Below, piece after piece: positions 12,240-24,484 of a stretch of DNA of 64,000 bases. Made by a program: the position numbers and the translations under genes. Source of the DNA: Chiloscyllium plagiosum (Eukaryota); the NCBI RefSeq assembly GCF_004010195.1, contig NC_057719.1:52025037-52089036 (forward strand). Direction: 5' to 3'. Each line of letters starts with the position of its first letter. The first letter of the stretch is position 1. The notes under the pieces were generated by a model. That model was given only the letters and a program-made list of their open reading frames with translations, ran no database searches and had not been told where the DNA came from.

Positions 12240-12899
12240 GTCATGCTTCAGTTGTTCCATTGCAAATTGACGTTGCCTTTTTCAGCCTTGGGTGGATCAT
12301 GCCTAACAAAGGATGGTGGCACGGTCCTATATCAACCCATTGATAAGTCCAAATATCCAGTATGGATTGCTTCCGGCTGCTGCTAAATATATCTATTCAA
12401 TCTCATTCAGGGTGATACTATCTGGAGGCATCCATGTCATTTTGTATGTGTCCTTGAGTTTGCCCAAGTAATTCCCAGTGCCAAACCCATCAAGATGGCA
12501 AAAGCGTATTAATCATTGACCACTTCACTTTTTACCTTTGCAATTAGGGAGGCAGAAAACAGTATTCATGATTCAGCTTTCATGTTCAGCACATCATTGC
12601 TGATTGCAAATAAACTGCAAACACCATTTTTTCAATGTCTCCTTCCCATGGTCGAGGAGGTGAAATAGACAATGTTAGGGTATCTTTTCTAGTTGCTTTC
12701 TCATACGGGGGAGGTGAAAGATGTGGTTGTGTAAAGGGCTGATCAGCCATTCAGTGGGCAGCTGAGTTCCAATTCTGCTTTTTTCCAAAGAAAAATGATT
12801 CCATGCCCTGAGCCGTCTGTGTGCAAGTTCACAGCTCCAGCCCCTGGGGAATCCATATCTTTGCTACACCAGACTCCCCATCACCACAGGATTTGTGAC
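12240..12899 (-). mobile_element. RTE-like LINE endonuclease remnant (probably continues at ~14567-14720)
   Basis: Minus frame RLIRFCHLDGFGTGN...KMTWMPPDSITLNEIE resembles the AP-endonuclease motif TWxSPDGxTxNxID. Confidence 0.6.
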
Positions 12900-13130
12900 A
12901 GATAGATAGAGTCATAGAGATGTACAGCATGGAAACAGACCCTTCGGTCCAACCTGTCCACACCGACCAGATATACCAACCCAATCTAGTCCCATATCCC
13001 TCCAAACCCTTCCTATTCATATACCCATCCAAATGCCTCTTAAATGTTGCAATTGTACCAGCCTCCACCACATCCTCTGGCACCACCTTCTGCATGAAAA
13101 GGTTGCCCCTTAGGTCTCTTTTATATCTTT

Positions 13131-13394
13131 NNNNNNNNNNNNNNNNNNNNNNNNNNNNNNNNNNNNNNNNNNNNNNNNNNNNNNNNNNNNNNNNNNNNNN
13201 NNNNNNNNNNNNNNNNNNNNNNNNNNNNNNNNNNNNNNNNNNNNNNNNNNNNNNNNNNNNNNNNNNNNNNNNNNNNNNNNNNNNNNNNNNNNNNNNNNNN
13301 NNNNNNNNNNNNNNNNNNNNNNNNNNNNNNNNNNNNNNNNNNNNNNNNNNNNNNNNNNNNNNNNNNNNNNNNNNNNNNNNNNNNNNNNNNNNNN
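13131..13394. other. Assembly gap (264 N)
   Basis: Run of N. Confidence 1.
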
Positions 13395-13804
13395 GATTCT
13401 TGTTATCTCATTTCTGTAGGCTTCCCATTTTCCAGCCGTCCCTTTACCTGCGAACATCTGCCTCCAATCAGATTTCAAAAGTTCTTGCCTAATACCATGA
13501 AAATTGGCCTTTCCCCAATTTAGAATTTCAACTTTTAGATATGGTCTAGCCTTTTCCATCACTATTTTAAAACGAATAGAATTATGGTCACTGGCCCCAA
13601 AGTGCTCCCCCACTGACACCTCAGTCACCTGCCCTGCCTTATTTCCCAAGAGTAGGTCAAGTTTTGCACCTTCTCTAGTAGGTACATCCACATACTGAAT
13701 CAGAAAATTGTCTTGTACGCCCTTAAGAAATTCCTCTCCATCTAAAACTTAAACACTATGGCAGTCCCAGTCGATGTTTGTAAAGTTAAAGTCCCCTCCC
13801 ATAA

Positions 13805-14100
13805 CTACCCTATTATTCTTACAGATAGCTGAGATCTCTTTACAAAGTTTGTTTCTCAATTTCCCTCTCACTATTAGGGGGCTTATAATACAATCCCAAC
13901 AAGGTGATCATCCCTTTATTATTTCTCAGTTCCATCCAGTTCCCTTGGAAAGTTAAAAACCACCCTATTATTCTTACAGATAGCTGAGATCTCTTTACAA
14001 GTTTGTTTCTCAATTTCCCTCTCACTATTAGGGGGCTTATAATACAATCCCTACAAGGTGATCATCCCTTTATTATTTCTCAGTTCCATCCAGTTCCCTG
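13805..14100. repeat. ~150 bp tandem duplication inside the CR1
   Basis: accctattattcttacagatagctgag...gttccatccagttccct occurs twice in succession. Confidence 0.9.
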
Positions 14101-15694
14101 GATGTATTTCTGGGAATATCCTCCCTCAGCACAGCTGTAATGCTATCCCTTATCAAAAAATACCACTCCCCCTCCTCTCTTGCCTCCCTTTCTATCCTTC
14201 CTGTAGCATTTGTATCCTGGAACATTAAGCTACCAGTCCTGCCCATCCCTGAGCCATGTTTCTGAAATTGCTATTATATCCCAGTCCCATGTTCCTAACC
14301 ATGCCTTGAATTCATCTGCCTTTTCTGTTAGGCCCCTTGCATTGAAATAAATGCAGTTTAATTGATTAGTCCTACCTTGTCACTGCCTGCCCTGACTGTT
14401 TGAGTCACTTCTGTTCTCAACTGTACCAGTCTCAGATTGATCTCTTTCCTCGCTATCTCCCTGGGTCCAACACCCACCCACCCACCCCATACTAGTTTAA
14501 ATCCTCCCGAGCAGTTCTAGCAAATTTCCCTGCCAGTACATTAGTCCCCTTCCAATTTAGATAGATGATGGGTGACAGATGATAGGAAGGTGATGAACAT
14601 GATTTGTGCGTGAGTTGGCATGCCAATTTAGCATGGAATTAATAGAATTGATAGATCTACATCCAGTGACAAGACAAGTCAAAACAGTTGGTGACATTTC
14701 AGCATGTAGTGGGCGACCAGCATGTCTTCTGTGCATTGTCAAGCTGTACTGATGCTATTCCACCATGTTGAATTGCCTTTAAGATTGTAGGGCCTTGGAT
14801 TGGTCTCATTCACCCAGTCTGGTGGAATCAGCCTTTGCATGCTAAAGTAGACAAATGCCAAATTCATCAAGTGTTGGAGACTCAATAGCTACCCTCACCT
14901 GTCTTCATTCTCCCTTCAAACTAGAGAGTGACCTCCCCCACAAGTCCATAACATGTTGAAGTCACAGGTGAGAGGTGGATGAAGCTGAGAACCAATTCAG
15001 GATAAGCCAAAGAATGTGATGGCATACCCCTATCCCTTAAACCCATTACGACCCCTAAGAAAATAAAAGCTGAAACAGAGCAAAGAGGTAAACCTGGTTC
15101 CAAGATGGAAATTGATTTTCCACTTGCAAAGAACAATGCAACAGCCTCTGACTCAGGTCAAGAAAAATCATTACATACTTAAAATAATGCCGGCAGAAAA
15201 TCCATCACCATTAGCAAAGTGTTTTCAATTGATTATTGATCAAGACAAATATTGAGATGAATAATGTTGTGGGTTGCCTTGCAAGGAATACGACCATTAA
15301 CCTTTCACAGCTCCTTAACACCTTACTCATTACAAATTAGGTGACAGTCAAACCCCCCACTTTTTAATTTTAGTAAATTCTGTTTTTCTCTTTGAAATCC
15401 AGTTAAAACGAGTAAGTGCTACAGAAGGGGAGTGGTCATATTTTCCTAAATAATGTCCTGCCAAACACATGACTAAATAATCTCAAATCAACTTTATGGT
15501 CATAACTAAAAATAACTGGCAATTCTGCAAAATACCCAACTTCAGGAGCAGAGGAAATGTTTGCACAAGGAAACAAAATGTAGGAGTAGAATTTGATGCC
15601 CGTGGTTGGGTCCTGTGGGAAATAAAACATAATTTTAAATCTTAAACGTGATTTTTGACTGCCTGCTTGCAGTTATATTAAGCACATTCTGCTC

Positions 15695-16460
15695 TGACTA
15701 CTCTCTTCCCCCACCCCGACCACTCTCTTCCTCCTGGCTAATCTCTTCACTCTCCAGACAGTCCCCCTCCCAACTCCTCTGCCACCACCACAAGCACTCT
15801 GTCCCACCTCTAGCCACCCTCTTCTGTCCTCCTACCTCCTCCTCCAACCACCCCCCAACCGAACACTCTCTTCCCCAAACTACACTATTCCCCTGATGAC
15901 TCTGTTCCTGACCACTCTCCCCAACCACACTTTTCCCCAGATAATTTTCCCTCTTGATCTCTCCCTCCTTGATCATCCTCTTCCCCTGACCAATCTCCGT
16001 CCCTAGCTTTGCATTTCCCTGATCATGCTGTCACCATGCATCATTTTCTTTCAGTAACTCTTTCCTTCAATGAGCTCTCCCCCAATCATTCTCTCCTTTA
16101 ACCATACTTCCCCTCAACCACTCTCTCACCTTGATCACTCCATCCTCTACCACCATCTCGCTTTGACAACAATCTCCCCCAATCTCTCTATCTCTCTGAA
16201 TTAACTGTCCTCAATCATACTCTCTTGCCCACACTCGTTCCTGATTACTCCCTCTCCCCTGTATTACTTTCTACAAATAATTCTCTCCCTCTATTACTCA
16301 TCACTACAACCATTTTCTGACTTGCTCACTTTATCACCAATAAATCTCTCTCTGAACCAATCTTCTCCTTCCCAACTTTAGAGTCCTCCACATCCCCAGC
16401 TACAACCTTCTCTGATCACACTCTTCCCTGAACACACTCTATTCCCCTCATCACTTTCTT
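15695..16460. repeat. Degenerate pyrimidine-rich minisatellite (~16-17 bp, CCCTGACCACTCTCT-like)
   Basis: Recurrent units such as cctgaccactctccc, ccctgaccaatctcc, cctcaaccactctctc; resumes at 16985-17040. Confidence 0.75.
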
Positions 16461-16659
16461 CCAAGAAACGTGAATTGACATCACAAAATAAGCTCCACCC
16501 ATTACAACATATTCCTGGGAGGAGCTAACCAGTTCATTTTGCCTTGTTTTAGTACTTATTTTATGTACCTAAGCAGTTATGAATACTTACTCTTAAGTCT
16601 AACCTGAGGTTTTACGAAGGATTCACATATAACTCAGATGTAATGTAACTGACTATTAG

Positions 16660-16883
16660 TAAAAGGTAAAGTTGTCTTGGTCCCAGAGGACTGCTTTCTC
16701 ATTAGAGGGAAAGAGAGAACTGGCAGTGGTTTAACCTGAGGGTCACCATGACTCGGTTGAGGGGCAGGGTTGAGAAGGTAGGATGTTCATGAATACCTCA
16801 ACTGATACAGGAATTCAACCCACATTGCTGATAGTACTCTACATTTTAAACTAGGTGTCCATCCAACTGAGCTAACTGACACC
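16660..16883 (-). mobile_element. tRNA-derived SINE, family 2 (TTTACC tail)
   Basis: Reverse complement head GTTAGCTCAGTTGG...GGTTGAATTCC, body GGTGACCCTCAGGTTAAA; homologous to 39040-39265 and 42312-42540. Confidence 0.8.
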
Positions 16884-17038
16884 TGTGACTAATTATTAAG
16901 TACTACGCAATTAACCTCTGCTGTTTATCCAGATTGGCTTCAATCTATTGGACATGATTACAACAGATCTGATGCCAACAGGCCACTGACCACCCTCTCC
17001 CCTAACCATTCCTCTCTCAATCACTGTCTCGCTGACCA

Positions 17039-17040
<2 letters not shown>

Positions 17041-17070
<30 letters not shown>
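17041..17070. repeat. (CT)n microsatellite
   Basis: Seen directly. Confidence 0.95.
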
Positions 17071-17499
17071 AGTCACTCTGGAGTGATGGGGGTGGGGTGG
17101 GGGAGGTGGAATGTGTTTAGAGGCAAAGTTTTGTCAATTCTTTTGATCTCTGCAGATAGAAACCTTTGATGCTTTCGTACATCAATATTTCTCCATAATA
17201 GAAGCAGTCATCATCCTGAATAGACTGAATTATATGTCATGTTAACATTAAGAGAAATGCTCTTGAGAATTTTTTGTAATATGCTTTCTACTTAATTCAA
17301 GTCAACAATAACATTACAATGCTCTTAATGGGCGAATGCATTTGTGAGCCCAAATGATGTTCATTAACGGCTACATTGATTGATTGATGATGCTGATATT
17401 TAGTTCCCATGAACACATGTGGTCCATGAAAAGAGAAAATTATCATTGTAAAATATGAATATATTGTCACACAGACCACATGGATAAAAAGAACTGAAT

Positions 17500-17945
17500 T
17501 CAAGTGGTGAGGTAAGAGACTGCCCTTGACTTCATGGCAACATTTGACCAAATATCAAGGAACTGTCATAAAATTAATGTCATTGGGAATCACAGGGAGA
17601 ACATGGCTGCATTTATACCAACCACAAGGGAACAGGGTTATGTTCTTTGATATTGAATCAAAGTCCCAAGGCATCAGTGCAAGAATTCCTCAGGGTATTG
17701 TCCTTGGCTCAACCATTTTCATCAAGACCTTCCCTCCATCAGAAAGTCAGAAGAGGTGATATTTGATTACACAAGGTTCAGTACCATTCATGACTCCGTG
17801 GATACTGAAGCAATCCATGTCCATGTGCAGCAAGGTTTGGACAACAGTCAAGCTTCGGCTGACAAGTGGCAGGTAACAATTGTGCCGCACAAGAGTCAGG
17901 CAATAACCATCTCCATAACAAAGAGAGAGCCTAACCATCGCTGCT
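17500..17945 (+). mobile_element. Family B LINE RT fragment
   Basis: IPQGIVLGSTIF and QQGLDNSQASADKWQV in the listed ORFs. Confidence 0.8.
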
Positions 17946-18609
17946 TATCTGCACTCTGCTTGCTCCGAAGGACCTCCATGTTGCTCAGAGTCAAGCGCAA
18001 TCATGGGCACTAGCTGCATGCATGCCTCATCCGTGCATACCAGCATCTGGCATTTGCCAATCCCTCATGACTTCTGTGGCACCTCTCCTTTCCACTTGCA
18101 AGCTGCTCAGGAAATACCAACCTGTATGACAAGGTGTGCTAGCAACAAGCATTGAAATGGGCACAGAGCTCATGGATTGGACCAGCCTGCATCACAGGGC
18201 TGCTCACATGCTCACTTAACGTCTACCTGCACACAGGCACCATCCATGCCTTACCTTGCTTTGAAATTAACTCAATCACAAAAACAGATCACATGCTTTA
18301 TTACTCAGTTGATTTCAGTCAAGGGGCCAAACATCTTGCTAAATGCAGTGTGCTGGATCAACCTCACTGCGCTTACACAGTAAACACACTGCATGTGCAG
18401 CCAGCAGGCAGCCATGGCTCACAAACACTAACGGGAGTATTGCTCACTGAAATCCATGGGGGTGCCAACTAATCAGGAGGTCCCCTGCACAATAAGTCAA
18501 GACCAGCCTCTGATACCAGTCCAGGGCTTTGGCCATGCTTGTGGCAGAGCATGAGCCTTGGGGAAGTTGGGTGCAGTAGCAGAGTTAGAGCAAGTTTGAA
18601 TTAGTTGAG

Positions 18610-18860
18610 AGAAGAGTGTGGCAATTCCCCTGTGGAACAGAGAAGCTCATTCACCTCCTTACTGCTAGCCACTCTTCCTGACTGTTGAGTTGGCTGTAAC
18701 CTTGGTGGTAATCTCAGAGCTGGCTGCCAGAGCCTTGTGGTGCAGCCTCTTCTGCCAATCCTCGAGGAAAATGACTCCTCTACTTTGCCCCACACCATCC
18801 ACCAGGATTTCTATGTGCCTGTCGGAGAATTGTGGCAACAACTTCCCCTTTTTCCGATAT
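18610..18860 (-). pseudogene. Myb/SANT-like DNA-binding gene remnant of a PIF/Harbinger transposon
   Basis: Minus frame RKKGKLLPQFSDRHIEILVDGVGQSRGVIF...EITTKVTANSTVRKSG*Q*, then frameshift to KEVNELL; matches the FSxxExxxLVxxV...R...Q...K.NDL pattern. Confidence 0.7.
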
Positions 18861-19227
18861 CTTTAGAAAGCATCCTTGTCTGAGCAGGGCAGCTTTAGTA
18901 GTTATCAGGAGGAAAGACAATGTAGCTGCATGGGACCCTGGCTTTTCAGCGGATAACCGCTGAGTGGCAAGTTGTTACCAAAAATGGCTCATAGAATGAT
19001 AGGAGTGGAACTGGATGTGATGGGTGCCATAGGGGTGGGTCAGGTAGGTAATAAGGTGCATTTGCTAAGATACAGTGAGAAATCTCACGAGACCGCAAAG
19101 CACAGATCTCTTCAAAATAAAAAAAAACTCCAAGCAACTTATATTTAGTCAAAACAAAAATGCAAGTTTCTGTCCAACTTCCAGAAAAAAAAAATGGAGA
19201 TTCTTTTCAAGGCATATCTTAGAGTCA

Positions 19228-19358
19228 GGAGTGAGTGAGTGAGGACTGCAGATGCTAGAGGTCAGAGTAGAGAGTGTGATGCTGGAAAAGCACAGCAGAT
19301 CAGGCAGCATCTGAGGAGCAGGAGAATCGACATTTTGGGCATAAACCCTTCATCAGAA
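19228..19358 (-). mobile_element. Penelope-derived short element with degenerate hammerhead core
   Basis: Perfect 14 bp TSD ATATCTTAGAGTCA (19214-19227, 19359-19372); minus strand CTGATGAAGGGTTTATGCCCAAAATGTC. Confidence 0.88.
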
Positions 19359-21589
19359 ATATCTTAGAGTCACTCAATTATGTAGAAACATCAATAACGG
19401 TCAAACTATGGAAAGCCTTGAGCAAACCTGGTAGCAATGCTTATTTCTTTCGGTTATAGGTATTCACTTATAAGTAGCAAACAACCTACAGCATCCAGCA
19501 CTACACAGAGGGAAATAAGAGAAATATAGTACTGCAGAGCAAACAACTAAGAAATTGGAATCATTGATTCTTTCAATATGTTCAAAGCTAAATGATCACA
19601 TTGCATTTTTAGAATTATGGCATTCCATTCAATAGAAATTGATGCATAAGCCAAGAACACTTGGATGCCACTTCTGCTCAGGCAGTGAGCAGTCAGTAGC
19701 ATCTTTGGGCCGACCAATTAACAGTGTGAGACAAGAAGCCCAACCATTCACAGTGCACAGATGGGAAGTTGAAATATCAGAAGGAGCATTGTCAACCTAT
19801 TTAAAGGACTGGCAGCCATGCATCCACTGCTGCCTGTCTTTTAGTGACTACCAAATAACTGCTTAGAAAGTAGAAAGTTGAAAAGAAACCTGCAAATCCA
19901 CCCTTTTCTCACAACAGTTTCAACTCTAGGCTCCAAGGGCAGATTAGGAGGTCCTTGTTCTTTCAGACAGGATGGAGAGTCTGTCTTACCTCACCAAGCA
20001 AACCTGGGTGAAGGTTGCACTGGAAGTCAGCAGATGTGGAGGTCACCCAAAGAAGCTGAATCTAGTGCCACAAGCTCTTCAGTGACCTACTTCAGTTGCC
20101 AAGCAGCATACTCCATTTCCCTCTTTCCTTTGGGCTTTGCCTGTAACAATGGAGAAGGTGAGAAGGAATGATGACCCAGTTGGTGATGTTAGGATCAAGA
20201 TTCAGCATATCCCATCAGAGGCATGGCTATATCTCATGGAACAGCGCCTGACTGCCATTGCTGACTCCCATAAAATCTCAAGAGTGGACACATGAAGGAG
20301 ATATTTTTTGGCTTCATATATAGGCCCCTGGACTGCCTTCAGAGTTGGCATTATGACTGCCCCATGGGGATGCTAACAATGTAAGTGAAGAGATCCATAT
20401 CATGAAGGAAATGGACAAGATTGGTGGAGAGGTGTCATTTCTAAACATCCTTGGAGGAAATGCCTTTGAAATGACAGCACAACATGGTGACTGCTCACCG
20501 CTGATGGATCTAACAAAGAGTGGCAGAGAACAATGGCTCGTGGAGCCTCTGATATACATGAGCCATAATGCTCATTTGTCCACTCTTGGTGATCCATGCT
20601 AGGGATGGCTGGACTGAGGTAATGAGAAGTGTATATCCCTTCAATCTATCTGTTCTTTCATGCAGGTCAGAATAAGGCTGAGGAGGCTAGAGCTGGAGAG
20701 CCTGGAGGATACCCTGTCACTTCTGAGATGCACCATCACATCATTCTTCCATACACTCTATCAGCACAGATACTCCCATGTCATCGGTCATCCAGTTGTG
20801 CTTACGTTTGTCTCACAAACTGATGAGTATATCATAGACTCAACAGAGTGGTGTTTGCAGACGGGAGTTGTACATCAAGTGAGTTTTCGTGGGAAGGTCA
20901 CTAGCTGGCCTGTGGGTAACTTGATGGACATGCACATAGCCAATTACATTCTGTACCTGAGGGGTCCAGTAAGGAGCATGGTCAGCTTGTATGAGACTTC
21001 GACAGAGTGAGATTGAGGCCAAATGAGCATACTGTTAGAAATTTGATTCAGTGTAGGAAGTTGGTGCAAAAGGAGACTGAATGTTTTAACCAAGATTTAC
21101 TGCAAGAAGTAAATTCTCAAAAGTGAGTGATAAGTGGGAGAGGATAATAGGTGCAGATTGTGATGGAGTGGCATTATGAATCACAGCATGACACACATGC
21201 AGGGAAAGAAGCTGATAGGTGAATAGAATTGGTGAATATTTCTAGACTTCACCTAACAATAAGGTCTTTGTTTGTGTTTAGGTCCCCAGTGTTTTCTTTC
21301 TCTTCTTTCTTCTAAAAAAAATAGTTGCTTTATTATAAGATTGATACTGGTGATGTTTTTATAAAAAATGAAATATTAATATAGTAATATGTAAAGAGCA
21401 AGGAATCTCAAGCAATTAATTTATAAGTTAAATTAGATAATGATGGCAGGACAGGTGAAATGTTGTTGCTGCAATATGCAGTAGCTGCTGGACACCAGTG
21501 TGCAGACTAGATGGGCTGAATGGCCTGTTTCTGCTCCTACATCTTATGATGGATTTCTCACTGTGGCTTAGTACAGAAATGCAATTGCC

Positions 21590-21890
21590 ATGGTTCCTTA
21601 GGCAGTACCTTCTAAACCCATGACCACTGCTATTTCAGAGGACAAGACCAGCAGCCAAACCTGCAAGTTTCCCTTCAAGCCACATACTTTCCTGGCTTGG
21701 AGATACATCACAGTTTTTCAATGTCGCTAGGTTAAAATCCTGGAATTCACTCCTTAAAGGCATTGTAGGTGCACCTCTAACAAATGGTCTGCGCCAGTTC
21801 ATGAAGCCAGTGCACCACTATCTTCTTAAGGGTAATTAGGGATGGGCAATAAACACTAGCCCAGCCAGTGATGCCCACACTGTCTGAATA
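21590..21890 (+). mobile_element. Family B LINE 3' end
   Basis: tagggatgggcaataaa...gatgcccaca tail. Confidence 0.75.
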
Positions 21891-22109
21891 AAAAAAGTCA
21901 CCCACTTGATACATTGATGTACTGCAGACTGATTCCACACGTATCTCAAATAGATTTCTGGCAAAATTCAGAGACATAAAGTTTAGCTCCATGGTGACCT
22001 TCAATACCACTGGTGGGCACATGCACTTAGATTGGGATGAATGGTTTTGGATGTGGTTTACACCGTCTGTCATTGTGCCCAGGGCTTAACTCACAAGTTG
22101 TTGGTGAAG

Positions 22110-22395
22110 AGTATACTTTCCAAAACCATGACCACTACCATCCTGAAGAACAAGGGCACATGGGAGCACCACCACCTGTGAGTTCCCTGACACATCACTT
22201 TTCATTCTGATTTGGGAAATGTGTCACCATTCCTGCACTGTCACTATTTTAAATCCTGGAACTCCCTCACTAATCAGCATTGTGTGTGTATCAACATCTG
22301 ATGGACTGGGGCATTTCAAGAGAATAACTCACCACCAGCTTCTCGAGGGCAACTAGGAATGGGCATTAATGCTGGCCCAGCCAATGATGTCAGAT
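22110..22395 (+). mobile_element. Family B LINE 3' end
   Basis: ctcaccaccagcttctcgagggcaactaggaatgggc tail. Confidence 0.75.
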
Positions 22396-22399
22396 TGAC

Positions 22400-22706
22400 T
22401 TAGATTTAGATTACATACAGTGTGGAAACAGGCCCTTTGGCCCAACAAGTCCACACTGATCCGCTGAAGCGCAACCCACCCATACCCCTACATTTACCCT
22501 TTCACCTAACACTATGGGCAATTTAGCATGGCCAATTCACCTGAACTGCACATCTTTGGACTGTGGGAGGAAACCGGAGCACCCGGAGGAAACCCACACA
22601 GACACAGGAAGAATGTGCAAACTCCACACAGTCAGTCGCCTGAGGCAGGAATGGGTCTCTGGCGCTTTGAGGCAGCAGTGCTAACCACTGTGCCACCATG
22701 CCGCCC
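22400..22706 (-). mobile_element. HE1-like V-SINE
   Basis: tRNA head, V-domain and (ATCTA)n tail; close to 55607-55920. Confidence 0.95.
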
Positions 22707-24406
22707 ACTGGATTAATAGATTAATAGATTGCATAGATTAATAAAAGCAGACCTGCAAGGATTAACTGACTTCACAAGGTAAACTCTGCCCAAAAGGATA
22801 AAAAGGATTGTTCCTGGGAGGAGCTAACTAGTGTCCTAAATTATATTGTTTCTGATTTGGTGTATATCAGTAATGCTGTGGGAGAATGTTCCAGAAGTAA
22901 TATCATAAACCTACTCTTAAATTGAGCCTGTTGTCTCACAATATTAGATTAGATTAGATTACATTACAGTGTGGAAACAAAACCATCTCAGATACTATGT
23001 AACCAGCTATCAAGTAATATGTAACCTATCTATCCTTCCCCACATGGCGTTGGTAGCTTAGATTAACACCAGCAAGAAGATTTGGAGGCAATGAATCTAT
23101 TGAAGACATCCCAGATTGTTAAGTGGATGACCGTGATAATATAAGATGTTGGCAATGCTGGAAATAACAACAACAATATGTATCAATAACTTAAAAATAC
23201 ATGACTGCCAAAATTTACTTCATAACTCACTTATGGAGAGTAAAAATGTGAAAATAATCATTCTTTCTGTGGTGAATCCTAAACAATACAGCCTGGAACA
23301 TAAATGTAATCCAAGCTGTCTGATGTAGCTGGAGCTGTCTGAGGTTTGCATGAATGGATGCTTATAATTCAAATATGAATGGCAATAGTTGCCAAACTGA
23401 CCATCTAAGGTGTCATTCTGATGCTGGACAATGGTGGTAGGTCTTCTTATAGCAGATAGAAGAGATTAGTCATGAAGGCTGATCTTAACATTGTTGTAGA
23501 CATGTTTAGGTAGCTCAAAATAATCCACCTGGCAAATTTTGAATGCGGGAATATGAACAAATTTAGTTGAATAGCCATCAAATTGCAGTTCACTAACTTA
23601 AATTCTATTACCCAAGGATTTTGAATTGTTACCTTGGATTTACAGGATTAATTTCAACACAAATGTTAAACCCCCACAGGTTTGTATTTATAAATTATTG
23701 GAACTCCTCAGTTTGTATGATGAAGGAATCTGAAGCCAAGTAACTTTACAAAAGTACAGAATTTTGAACTTGAACCTCTTAAAGACACAGAATCAATAAC
23801 AAGTTAACAGGTGGATCATGACATGAATTTTCCATAGAAAATGGAATGTGATAATTAATTGAGAAACATCGCAAACCCTCCTCATCAGTAAAGGATGACA
23901 GTGTGGAAGCTGTTTCAACTTATGAACTGTTTGTACCCGAAATGTTCCAGCTGTAAACACATAGTAGATAATCAGTATTGAAATTTGCAAAATTTATTGG
24001 GGTTACAAGAATAAGTGTTGTCAGTCATAATGTTGTGTTCTTTGTGTGGCCTACAGAATATTCATGATATGGGAATTCAATTGCAGGTGGGCTATTCTAG
24101 TATATATTAAACTCCAGTCCAAAATTACTGGCAGATTGTTTGGGATTTTCAATTATTTCAATGCCATCAGGATTGCTGTTCAGCAGAAATGACTAGAAAT
24201 AAAGTGGATAGTTTTCCATATTGTAAGATGCCAGCAGATGGTAAGACAGATTGGCAGAATTTAAACAGGGCAGTCTTCAAATACAAGCTTATCTTTGAAA
24301 TACTTTATTTAAGCTTCTGAGGTCTGGTGCAGTTGAAAGGATGACACTCACAGCCTGCCATCATCTTAGAAAATAGAAATTTGCTTTGTGTACTGTCAAT
24401 TCTCAG

Positions 24407-24484
24407 AGATCCCTGATAAAACAGCTTTTAACTGCAGATTTGAGAGATGTCTGTAAGAATGAAGTAAAGCAATCATACCCTCAG
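24407..24484 (+). CDS. Candidate isolated exon (RSLIKQLLTADLRDVCKNEVKQSYPQ), unconfirmed
   Basis: ...tgtcaattctcag acceptor, CAG|gtagat donor, 78 nt open in phase 0 only; product not recognised. Confidence 0.2.

Larger units (their letters stand above)
12908..14560 (-). mobile_element. CR1/HER1-like LINE spanning the assembly gap
   Basis: 3' tail atagagtcatagag at 12906; endonuclease PTREGAKLDLLLGN...SDHNSIRF at 13395-13690; ORF1 end near 14490; AGATAGAT at 12900-12907 and 14559-14566. Confidence 0.9.

Noticed and set aside
12920-13691. 190 and 193 aa ORFs
   Set aside because: They run through the N gap and are CR1 fragments.
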